Below are positions 50,931-62,915 of a DNA stretch of 64,000 bases, piece after piece. A model generated the notes under the pieces. That model saw only the letters and a program-made list of their open reading frames with translations, was not told the origin of the DNA and did no database searches. This DNA comes from Basidiobolus meristosporus CBS 931.73 (taxonomy: Eukaryota; Fungi; Basidiobolomycota): the NCBI GenBank assembly GCA_002104905.1, contig MCFE01000063.1:62001-126000 (forward strand), written 5' to 3'. The number at the start of each line of letters is the position of its first letter. The stretch's first letter is position 1. Position numbers and translations under genes: made by a program.

Positions 50931-52361
50931 CCAGCCAATGGCTTATAGCTTGCCAACTTTGCTGCAATTGCATGCTGACTTCAGTACATTCTCTCTGTGG
51001 AAGGATGATGTTCTTAGTGCTGGTGCTTGGGTAATAATAATGTATGTGAGTTATGGAGTAAATCCCCTGGATCTCACATATTCAACAGCAATACCCACTA
51101 TTGCGCCCAGAAAAACCTGCTATCTTGCTGATGGCCGGGGTATCTCCAAATTGGATGATAATTTGTGCTTTTACATGATGGCCATAAACTGTTATCCTGC
51201 TGGAAAGCATACAAAATTCATCTAGCAATGGATACAGGTAGCTATCCAGGTTGGACAGTGATTTGGGCCCAGATACCATTGACACTACCATCAGATTATT
51301 GCTCCAATACCATAAGATAGGTGGCAGATTCAGCTTGATGAGAATCAGGGGCCAGCAGGATTTGCTGGTAGAGTACTTACTCAATGAGAATCAATCAAGT
51401 GCCAAAGCAAAGGCATGGTCATGCATACCTTCAAAGCAGCCCTTGCTTCTTAACTGTTTGTAATATTTGCCATCTAATATATTGTTGTAAGAGTCTTGGA
51501 GATATTGGAAGTGATTGGGAGAACAAGTAGATTATGTGGTTATCACTTGATGATTTATTGAATGTAAAAGTAGTATTTGTGCTTTTACCTGGTCTTGGCA
51601 TTGCAAACATGTGGAATAGGTCAAGGTAGGTCCCAAGAACATGTGTGCAAAGTTTGGGGCTGTTTGGACAACTTTGAGAATTTTCATGTTCTGGGTACCT
51701 GGTGTTTTGGTGAAAATATTCTAAGTAAATCCCAACAAGGAATTTGGTCAGTATTCTCTAGGATTTGAAGGTAATGATCTAAGTGACTAAGTTAGGTGAA
51801 TATTTAGGCGGAAATAAAAGTTTTTACAACACTCCCACTCAGCTAAATGTTCATACTGACTAGTCCTAATTTTGACCTCAGATATTCAAACTTGTCTCTG
51901 GCTAATGACTTGGTAAATATGTCTGCAATCATTTCATCTGTAGGGCAGCAAACTAAGCTAACTAAGTTATTCTCTATAGCTTCACGTATGAAATGATGTC
52001 CAATATCTATGTGCTTGGTTCTAGCATTAAAAGTTGGATTTCTACCTAATTGTATACATCCTTGATTATCTTTAAATAAAGTAAGAGGCATTTTTTGACA
52101 TGAGCCTAAATCTGTAAAAAGCTTTCTTAACCACATTGCTTCTTTTGTAGCTTCACTGGCTGCCATGTACTCTGACTCTGTGGTAGAAAGTGCTAAGGTT
52201 GGTTGCTTTCTTGAATTCCATGAAATTGCTCCTTTACAGTAGAGAAAGGTGTATCCTGTGGTGGATCTTCTGTCTTCCAAATTTTGTCCCCAATCAGCAT
52301 CAGAGTATCCCACAAGATCCTGTTCTGAGTCCTTATAAGTGTATCTTAAGCAGATATCAGC

Positions 52362-53482
52362 CAGAGCTTCAGTCATTATTATCCACAGGTGGTGTCCTAT
52401 ATAGTCCTCTGGGATACATAGTCAGTATGCATGGTGACAAATTATCCACAGCATTTGGACAAGGAGTAATGAGAGTTCACTACAAGCAATTCACCCCTCA
52501 TACAAGAAAGGTGCACCTCCATGATGAAGAAGATACTGACTACTTTGATCCAGCTGAAGTTCTGAACTTTGACTATGAGGAACCCAGAAAGGCCCAAGAT
52601 CATATGGCTTCAATTTATGCTTCAAAGAGACACCATCCTGAAAAAATGGCTAATCCAGGCCCAGCAACAAAAGTACCAAGATGTGAGCCCAAAGTTGTGA
52701 TTGAGAAAAAAGCATCACCCCCATTAATTTTACAAGAGCCTGCCAAGGCCAACAACTACCACATGCAGCCTAGAGTCAAGCAAAATGGTACCCCAGAGGG
52801 TCTGACAAGTCATATACTAGGAAGCAACATATCAATCAAGGTTGGAGAGCTACTCAGTGTATCACCATCTGTAAGAAAGTCTCTGGATGAGCACATCAGA
52901 ATAAGAAAGCATCCAATTGAAGCAACCCAAGGCAACCAGGTCAGGACAGTTCAAGGAAGCCAAGATATCAGTAAGCTGCATCAAAGCCAGAAACACTACT
53001 ACTCAGTGGCAACTGTAACAACTACAGGAACTGTGCATAATCAAGAAATCCTATGTCATATAGACAGTGGATCTGAGATATGTGTGATGCCTTTGGAGGC
53101 TTGGAAACAACCACCATGCAAAGACCTATTGCCCATAGACACCAATATCAATTGGAGAATGAAGGATGCCAACTCAGGGCAATCAAAGCTTTTAGGATTT
53201 TTTCACAGCTTCCCTCTCATCATTGAAGGAATACCCCATGAGATCCCAGTATTTATTTGTGCAAAGGCTTACTTTGAATTACTTCTGGGAACACCATGGG
53301 AGGTGAAAGCAAGAGCAACTGCAGTGAACTACTCAGGTGGTTCAGCATGGTATACTATATACTCAGAGAGCCCAGGACTAACAGCAACCTTCTGTGGTGT
53401 GGACTCAAACAATATCCAATCAATGACATCATGTAGATTTCTATCTCAAGAAAAGACAGGTGGCTTCATTGTGGATGACTGA
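52362..53482 (+). CDS. 5'-truncated gypsy-type Gag C-terminus plus aspartic protease
   Basis: Stop-free for ~370 codons. ISIKVGELLSVSPSVRKSL resembles fungal gypsy Gag (DUF4100-like, from memory); CHIDSGSEICVM and ELLLGTPW are retropepsin motifs. Confidence 0.8.
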
Positions 53483-53545
53483 GAGAGCACTTTGTTCTCC
53501 AAACATACAGTGGTTAGCTAAAAGTTTCAGGGAACTTTTTAGCTC

Positions 53546-54230
53546 AAGTGGGGGGTGGATGTGGTAGGGAGAACATACCTCCCACAGACAAGTTTATTCA
53601 TATAGTCATTATGAAATACTTATCCATATTTTATCTTATCAGTATTATCCCATTCTTCTTTTGGCCATATTATCATTATTATCCCCATATGATGTTTACC
53701 CTGATTAGTTATCCCAGATGTTATTCAGCTTTGTGATCAGTATATATATCTACATAAGGCAAGTACCCGTGTCAGTACCATGACACATGACCTATGTCTG
53801 TGTTACCATCCTTACCATTTCAATACCATATATGGTATTTCTATGTTGCACAGGTTTCAGACTACTGATTCCTGATTGGTTGAATGTGCTGTGTCTTTTA
53901 GAACCTTCCAGGACATTCTTGGTATATTCTTAGCTCATAGTGATGTCATCAAGCATTCCACCAATACCTAGAATCTTTTAGAACCTTGTCATTAGTAATC
54001 ACTTGGCAATCAGGAAAAGTATTTAAGGGAATGCAATCCCTCATCAATAAATCATCCCTTCTATTGGTAACACTTCTACCTTATTGATTAGCAGTTGATC
54101 ACTGCACCTGCCTTCAACAGTACATCTCAGACCTGCCATCAAGGAGCTTCTCAGGGTAGTGCACAAGACACATAGAGGCCTTTGGAGACACTTGGAGCAC
54201 CTAGGAAGCTAGAGAAGCAGGAGCTTTTAC
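53546..54230 (+). mobile_element. PPT and truncated 3' LTR related to the 1-kb LTR family
   Basis: AAGTGGGGGGTGGA precedes TGTGG at 53560. The body shares caggtttcaga.tactgat..ctgattggttg and caatccctca.caataaatc with 36234-37271. Confidence 0.75.
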
Positions 54231-57200
54231 CATAATATGATGGAATTAAACTTGGCTACCAATGCAAAGGTCTCCATATAGTCAAGTCCTATTGTTTGAG
54301 AGTATCCTTGGGCTACAAGTCTTGCTTTGTATCTTTCAATTTTACCATCAGCCTTGTATTTTGTCTTGAAGACCCATCTGCATCCAATTGATTTTTGGTT
54401 GATTAGTAATTTGACTAAGTCCCAAGTTTGATTTTCCATCAGGGCCTGATATTCCTCAGTCATTGCAGATCTCCAAAACTTTGTCTGAGGGCTATTTAGG
54501 GCCTCTTTTACAGTCTGGGGCTCATCAATATGGACTGAATAGGCATAAGCTAAGTTTGTACCCTCATTAATATAGTAATTTGGGCTATTTCTTGTCTGAT
54601 TGGATCTCCAGGCATTTGATACGGAAATGATCACTTCTGGGATGTTCCTGGGCACTGACTCTGGTTGAACCACAGTTGTAGAGTCCTCTGGAGTTAAAAA
54701 TTTATCATGTTTTGCTCTGATTAAATCCTGACAATTGATAGACTTGAGATCAAATTTTTGTCATCATCTGATGTCATTTTTTGTGAAAATTTTGAATTTT
54801 CATCAGACTACACATCCCTGGACTTGATTAGCTTCTTTGCTTTGGTATTGTAGAGTCTGTATGCTTTACTCTCATTGCAGTAGCCCAAAAATATGCATTT
54901 TACACTTTTTGGCTCAAATTTTGACTGATTTCCGGGCAGTTTCTTGGCATATGCTGTACACCCAAATATTCTTAGATATTCTGCACTTGATCTGTATCCA
55001 TTCCATGCTTCAAATGGAGTAGAATCACAAAGTATTCTGTTATAACTACTATTTTTAAGATATACAGCAGTGGCCACTGATTCCGCCCAAAAATCATAGG
55101 ATAATTTTTGATCATGGATCATAGATCTTGCCATATCAATTATTGATCTGTTAGCACGTTCTGCTACTCCATTTTTCTGTGGGGAGTATGGTACAGTAGT
55201 TGCTTGCCTTATCCCATGAGTTTTGCAGAAGTGGATGAAGAGTTTTGAGGTATATTCTCTACCATAGTCAGAGCATATTTTCTTGATTTTTTCACCAGTT
55301 TCTCTCTCTGCCGTGGCTTTAAACTCCCTGAACTTAGACAGAGCTTTTTCCTTTCTCTCCATGAAGTAGACCCATGTGTATCTTGTATAATTTTCAATAA
55401 AAGTGATAAAATACTTCATCCCACCTAAGGATAAATTTTGCATAGGTCCACACAGATCTGAGTGAATTAGATCTAACTTTTCATAGTTTTGATTAACCCA
55501 GAGCTCTTCAATGGTTGTCTGGCTTGTTTCCCATATATGCAGGCTTCACAGTGCTCCAAATTAGTTGGGGGATCAATTTTTACTCCAGATATTAGCTGAT
55601 CTTTGATCATTTTGTACAATAATCAAAATTGATGTGCCCAAATCTCCTGTGCCAAAGCATTGGTGTTGCTTCATTTAAATTACTTATATTGGCTTCCAAA
55701 TATGATGGAATATAAGTCAACTTGTATAGATTCTGATCTCTGATACCCAAAGCAATATGGGCACCATTTTGATCAGTGATCTTGCAGCCAGAATTGTCAA
55801 AGCTGAAACTGAGTCCTTCTGGAGTGGCCTTACTTACAGATAGTAGGCTCTTGGCTATTTCTGGTACATAGAGTACTTCTTTGAAAGTCTGTGTATGGTT
55901 TCCTCCACTGCTTCTTAGGTTTAATTGGATAGTTCCTTCTCCCACTGCATTAAGTGTTCTATTGTCACCCATGAAAACCTTCTCAATTGGAATTTCTTGA
56001 TTTTTGGGTAAAAAGTCCTTTTTGGTGTGTAAAGTTTTAAGATGCTCCAGAGTCAATATACCACATCTGAGAATCCTTGTTTGTGGCCATATTTAGTGCA
56101 GATATGAATAGTCTATCTTCAGTTGTTGCAGCATTTCCATATTCAGGCTTCTTTTGCTGATTATCATTCTTTTTGAGACACCGGTCTGATGTGTGTCCTT
56201 TCCTTTTGCAGTATTTACAAAACAGGTTGCTGTTGCCTTTGTAGGGCTTGGGGTACCTTCTTTGTTTGTTATCATTGCTTATTAGAGCATTTTCTTCTTC
56301 CTTCTTATTTGCGCTTGATTTTCTTAATTCTGCATCCAGGAGCCTCCATATATGTAATTTAAGGTCAAATCTTCAGTTCTGGACTCCAGGGCTGATACAA
56401 TGCCCTGAAACCTGTCTGTCAGGCTATTCAGGATAGTAACTATCACATCCTCATCAGTAGTTGGTACACCCACAGATTCCATCTAATCTACCAGCAGGGT
56501 AATTTTGTTAATTAGATTTTTCATTTCTTCTCCTGGCGGCATCTTTGCAGAAAAGAAATTTTGTCTCAGATACATTTTCTTAGCAGCTGAACATGGCTGG
56601 TAGGTGTCTTCTAATGCCTTCCAGGCATTCTTTGCCATTTTTGCTCTTGAGCATTGAATTAGCAATTTGTCTCTAACATTAAGGCAAATGCAGTTAAAGG
56701 CACTTTGTTTTTTCTTCTGGTACTTCAAGGCTTCCTCTCCCACGTTTTTAGGAGGCCATTCTTCTCCCATGACAATATCCCAAAGGCCTCTTTCTTGTAG
56801 CAGCATCTTCATCTTCACCTTCCACACTTGGTAGTTAGATCCATCCAACTTTTCAGCAGTGGGAGAAATTCCAGTAATAGCAGAAGTAGACATTGCAGAC
56901 AGTGACAGCTTGGGGCTCAAAGCCTGTTGTAAGAGTCTTGGAGATATTGGAAGTGATTGGGAGAACAAGTAGATTATGTGGTTATCACTTGATGATTTAT
57001 TGAATGTAATAGTAGTATTTATACTTTTGCCTGGTCTTGGCATTACAAACATGTAGAATAGGTTAAGGAAGGTCCCAAGAACATGTGTGCAAAGTTTGGG
57101 GCTGTTTGGACAATTTTGAGAATTTTCATGTTGTGGGTACCTGGTGTTTTGGTGAAAATATTCTAAGTAAATCCCAACAAGGAATTTGGTCAGTATTCTC

Positions 57201-58344
57201 TAGGATTTGAAGGTAATGATCTAAGTGACTAAGTTAGGTGAATATTTAGGTGGAAATACAAATTTTTACAACATATATTAGATATGTTTGCACTTGATTG
57301 ATACTGAGTGTGGTACTGTATAGCTTTGCAATATTTGTTGGACTGCATCAGCTTCCTCAGACAGGGTATGACCAGAATATTGCTGTGGATTCCCAACAAT
57401 TTGGACATGTTGCAATGGTAGCATTTTTGGATGTGAATGCCATGCAACTGTTAATAAATGCTGGAATCAGGACAGTCTCTGGATCATATGTTGCCAGTCA
57501 CATGACAGTTGTCCACTTGTACCATGTACATTGTAAGTTGCATCCAGGTATGATTTTGGCAAGAAGTAGTAATAAATCCTCAATGCCCCCACTACTGATA
57601 TTAGTGGAAACATGCCACTTCTCTAGCCTCAACATCCTATCACTCACTAGTAGATGGGTTACTGGGCTCACCTGACTCCAAATAGTATCCTTTCCTTTTT
57701 TTCCATGGGTGTTGTCTCATTGCATAATGGGACTTTGCTGGGCTCATGCAGAGTACTGTTGTTAGGGGAAATAGGCTCAAAATCCATCAGTGAACCTTCT
57801 TTGTCAGAGCTATCACTCTGCGTGCCATATTCAGAAGGCTGAGGTGAGCCTAAAGGTATTACAAACTCACCTGACTCAGTTTGTGCAAGGTGACTAAGAT
57901 GACCAGGAGCCAATACGGATGTATCAACTGGCTGGCAAGATAATGTTGGTACAGTAGTGACCAATGAATGGTCAAATATGACTTGGGTGGCAAAACACTG
58001 GCTGTGGTCCATGTAATACTTCTTATGCTGTCTGCATGCTTCATGGCTGAGAGGCATGCCACAATAGCCACATGGTCATTTTTTCTCTTCTCCTATGGCA
58101 TTGAGTCAAAGTAGTCTTGTCCATGGGGTAAAGAGTTTGACCTTCAGCAACAAGACACTATTATATCTCTTTTTAGTCAATACTCATATGAACTTAAGAC
58201 AGTCTGGTATTTGGGACATTGCACCTACATGAATGTAAGATTCAATGATGATCCACCATAGTAAGCATTATATATAAAGTTGTAGCACCACATACACATG
58301 TATATGTAACACTATTTCCCCTTTGGTTTGACTCACTTCCATAT

Positions 58345-60431
58345 ATGCCACCAAAAAATACAGCAAAGTTGTCTGGTTCCCAACCAAACCCCACCACTGA
58401 TGGCAACAGAAGAATGGTTGGACAACAGCTTGCTATGAGATTCAGTGCAACAAGTGGGGCTACATCCAAAAAAGGCTCTGTGGACAGTGTACCCATTGAA
58501 GGGAATAGTGTGGACTCCTCAGGCTCTCAGTCAAGTAGGCAATTGAGAACCTCTGCAGAGCCACAAGCTGACTGTTATGCTCAGGCCAATGAGAATGTAG
58601 CAAACAGAATACCCTCAGTTCAAGACCAGCAAGTGGCCATGATAACATCACCACTACCCATATTAGCAAGTATATTGTCTGCTCATACCAAAGCATTAAT
58701 GAAGCAATTAGGTGCAGTGGCTGATAGGATAGATGCAATGGCCCAGAAAAATCAGGAAATATTCCAGAAACAGGATGAGCAGATATTACATGTAGAGCAT
58801 TCAATATTGCAGGTAGAGAAAGCATTATTTTTGCTGCAAAGAAGGAACTCAAGTAGCTCAATGTCACAGCCAAGAATTAAGCCATTTTTCAATGTAAAAG
58901 CAGAGGAACACTGTAGAGTCTTTGAAGCACAACAACAGTGCCCAAAGATAAAGCCCACAGAAAAACCAATCACAGCATGGGTGGGAGACAATGTGGTGTT
59001 CATACCAAAGCCTAAGAATCAGAAGACATTGAAGATCTGTGAAGCTGTTGAGTGCAATAATGAAGAGTGGGCTAATATACAAGAGGTATCAGAAGCCTAG
59101 CACACCATCACCTCAAGGCCAGCATACCATGGGACCATCAGGAACTCAAGGCTAAGCAGAATGCACTTGACTTGTTCCATGAGCATTATCCTAGATTCAA
59201 ACAGGCAAACAGATTTTGGGCCAGCATTGGTATGCTTAGAAAATATCTTAAGAATAGCAGAAACTATCAAAGGCAGAAGAACAAGGGTACCATAGCTAAA
59301 AACCAGCTGCTTCTTCAAGAGCCTGTTACAAGCAGGGCTGAAAGCTCCTGAAAAGTGTCAAAGAGACATCAGGTAGCTGGAAGAGTGCCAAACAGGGACA
59401 AGCAGGCAGACACAGATGCACCAGCACAACATTTATCAAGGAAAGAGTGTAGGACCACTCAAGAAGCACCCAGTCAAAGTAGCAGTGAAGGACCTGGCAG
59501 TGATAAAAACCAGCCGCTTTTACAGGAGCCTGTCACAACCATGGTTGAGAGCTCAAAACAAGCAGAAAAGAAACATTAGGTTGCCAGAAGAGTGCCAGCA
59601 AGGGACAAGCAGGCCAAAACAGATGTGTCAGAGCAGAATTTATCCAGAGGAAAATGTAGTTCTTTATAAAAAGCACTCAGACAAAGTAGCAGTGAAAGAC
59701 CTGGCAGTGATAAAGGAAATGGTAAAGGGAAAAATGTCTCCCCAAGCCTGATATAGGGAGGGATGCAAAAAAAACCGCATTTCTTGCCAATTAATGCCAC
59801 AAGCCTGGAACAGACTGAATCCCATCATAGCCAAGAAGAATTACCAACAAGAAAACAGCTGTTTTCACAAGAGTTGGAAGCGCAGCCAGTTGAGCTACAC
59901 TCCAGCAAGGTAAATGAGTTTGCTGAAATAGGCAATTTGTCTACCACAGCCTCCACAGCCTCCATTGTTGACAGAGTGGAGATCCCACTGACCAATAAGG
60001 CTACAATTTCAAGAGCTTGAAAGACTATCACAATGCCTTCAGTGGAGTTTTGGAACATTAATAGGTACACCAAGAGGTTGCAGCACTTTATCAAGAGCAG
60101 TGCTCAAGAAAATGCACTGGAATATTGCAAGGATTTGTTGCAAAAACTGGCAGATGAGGAGCTAGACCTTGCAGTGCTGGCTGAAGATCAGGATGTGTGG
60201 AAACTAGTGAATCAACAGTGGCATAAGGATGTTGGGTTTCTGCCAAAGTTGTGGAACCAGAGCGCTAAAGCAGAAATACTTATTGAGTGGTGGATTTTAA
60301 TGGAGTTACTTGTTGAGTGTGGGGTTGGGCTTAATGTTAGTGTAGGGTATAGGGACTTGTATAGGTCAGTACAATTGGCAATTGAGGTGCAACTGAAGTT
60401 TCAATGGAAATATATCAATGTGTACGCATGA
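58345..60431 (+). pseudogene. E6 ORF2 (251-aa open 5' part, then frameshifted)
   Basis: Close homolog of 44471 that retains the TGG (W) where E5 has TAG. Confidence 0.7.
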
Positions 60432-62210
60432 AAAGTAAGAGAAATGGTTGAGTCAGGAGGTAGGAGTGTGAAAAAGAGGCAATAGCCAATCAATGCACAG
60501 AATTGTTGGAGGCAATAGAGTGTCCAGGATCAGAAAGTGAGCAAATTGGCAGGGAACCAATCAAAAGCCACTTATACATTGTTGTGATGAAAAATTTTGA
60601 CTAAGTTTTTTGTGAAATCTGGGGTGCAATTATTTTTCAATGGTCTCTGGAGGGTGTCCTTACAGGATGGTGCCTCTTAGTGACAGGACTTTAACTTTGT
60701 GATGGCCTTTTGATGGGATCATCTCAATAATTTTTCATAGGGATACTCTTGGGAGCTTACTGAGCAAACTCTACATGCTTGCTTGTCTTACTTTATTAAA
60801 ATTACTAATACCATACTTTTGAACTATCAATCCTCAAGTAAATAACATATAAGTCCTCAAGTTCCCCACATCACTTCCAGTACTCCTCAGAATATTGCAA
60901 CACTTTTGAGGCAAACATTCACCTCCTACATGTGTGTGCTGTAAGATACTAGCCAGTGACTATCATATCAAAGCCATATTATCATCTCTATTGGAGATAC
61001 CCCAGCCATCATTGTGATTGCAGGCTTTTCCAGGCACCATGGACAAAATTGCTGCTGAGTGTGTGAGTTCCATGGGGATTATCCCATCACTCATACATAT
61101 TGATATTATCCAATTGCTGGCACCAACAGCATTGCCTTGAACAGAGAGTACACACCAAAGGCAGTATGTAATTGCAGCAAGCTGGCAAGCCATAACTATT
61201 AATAAGAATATGGAATTTATCAAAAACTAGATATACTTAAGATTGAGGGAATCTTGTGGAGCACAAGCTTTGCACTGGGAGCAATGCATTTACTCTCCAA
61301 CAGCACCCCAATGCTAATTTCCAAGTATTTGAAGGATTATCTCAAGCTTAAAGACCTTTTAAAAGTACTGGACAAGTTTTGAAAGATCTGGCAAGATATT
61401 ACATATTATCAATACTGAAGGTACTTCTCACATGCTCCAATTGCTATTCATCCACATATGTTACAACAGAAATACAAGGAATGGAAGCACTGCATATGTA
61501 TCTATTTAAGTGGCCTTCTATAGCAATATCTACCCAGAGCACATCTGAAGCATTGGGAGTCATATGTTGACATTGTATGATATTTATCCAGAAGCAGATC
61601 ATTGATGCCAATTGGGCACATCTACAACATTTATACAAAGAGTTTGTGATGAAATATTAGCAGCTACACTTAAGCATAAAGCTAAGCACAAAGATCTTTA
61701 CTACCACTATATCCATTATTTACTCCATCTTGCTTGGTAAGTGATAAACACCAGACCTTGCATTACCCTTTGGAACCACAATGCCATTATAATGCCAAAA
61801 GTTGTCTGCAAAAGGCTGTCAAAACACCATTGAGTTTTTGCCATATAAGGCAATTGAATTGATTGGCTGGTTAGATCTGCGGATATAAGTGTAGACCATG
61901 GTAGGACTGTCAAAATGCCATGCAATTTGTGCCAAAAGATCATCACAATATTGTCATGTATTTAACTTTATTTGGCAGTAAACCCTGCAAAATGCCATCA
62001 TAATCCTGCTATAAGATAGTGTAGAGGGTCAGTAATTCCAAGCTGCCAGCATTGTGATGGCCTCATTGCAGGATCCCAACAGCTGTTTGGGATTGGATCC
62101 ACCTGCAGGACCAAATGAATTTTCATAGAGAACATTAAGGCATCATCACAGGATTCTAACAGCTGACTCAAATCAGATCCACCTGCTGAATCAAATTACT
62201 TTTCACAGGG

Positions 62211-62385
62211 AAAGACCAAGTGCAGTGCACCTAGAAATATCCCAGAAGCAATCATCCTTGTACCATAAGGCAGAAAACTTAACAAGATTGGTAGCAGCCT
62301 TGATTTTATATCAATGAGTGTACAAACTTAGCCTGTGCCTAATTAGTTACATAATGATGAGCCCAGTGAGTGAAAGAAGCCCCAA
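62211..62385 (+). pseudogene. Relic C0 fragment (IN-RT linker)
   Basis: cagtgcacctagaaatatcccagaagcaatcatcc..atcaatgagtgtacaaacttagcctgtgcc aligns to C2 ~15930-16095. Confidence 0.8.
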
Positions 62386-62880
62386 TTTCCTGTTGGCTTT
62401 TACACAAAAATTCTCATGTTTTATCTAATGCATAAGTGTCAGTACAAAAGTCTTCAGGCACCTCATTACTACTGGATATATTCTTGAAAGCACCATGCAT
62501 CTCCTCTAAGCCTTTACAATGCCCAGCTTCTCTCTGAATTCATGTACAACACATCTGTAAGGCCCTTACAAAAAAATAACTAAAGGCTGGCAGAATACCA
62601 CCATAATGTCAGCAGAATTCAAAGTTTCCTCACACATACAACTGTCAATATCCTAGGCTCCAGCTGTCTGGCAAACAGGAAGACATATATTCCAGAAGGA
62701 GGCTAGGTCAAAAAACATGCATACCAAATTTGGCAATAAGCTACACACTACTTCACAAAGAGTTGCAACTGAAATTTTGAAGGAAAATCACCATCTGAAT
62801 GCTAGCAAAATTCTACACATATACCAGCAGAAAACCAGTGGATTATCAGATGAGTTCCAGGTATGAAATCTTTCATAGGG
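62386..62880. mobile_element. Longer member of the second CCC-TIR family
   Basis: Ends gaaatctttcataggg and is homologous (reverse) to 37368-37667. Confidence 0.6.
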
Positions 62881-62915
62881 CAAGGATGTACACAATTAGG
62901 TAGAAGTCCAACTAG

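Larger units (their letters stand above)
51483..57273 (-). mobile_element. Copia C4 with its RT core replaced by foreign DNA
   Basis: 349-bp LTRs 51483-51831 and 56925-57273 (~13 mismatches), exact TSD TATAT, PBS eroded to GGCTTTGAGCCC, many stops. Confidence 0.95.
48594..60742 (-). mobile_element. EnSpm-like element E6 with both TIRs and exact 4-bp TSD ATAC
   Basis: CCCTGTGAAGAATAATT ... AATAATTTTTCATAGGG. Transposase ATG at ~58124, ORF2 at 58345. Contains a 1-kb LTR and copia C4. Confidence 0.92.
48218..62130 (+). mobile_element. Internally deleted EnSpm-like element E7 hosting a deep nest
   Basis: Left TIR-like ctatgaaaaataattgtgatg at ~48220. The + strand transposase C-half (IGDTPAIIVIAGFSRHHG) runs from 60903 to a right TIR ending ~62130. 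No TSD was found, so pairing the two ends is inferred. Confidence 0.6.

Noticed and set aside
52190-52361. N-terminal 57 aa of the 430-aa ORF
   Set aside because: It is the antisense of the copia RNase H region, fused by chance. It is not a novel fusion protein.
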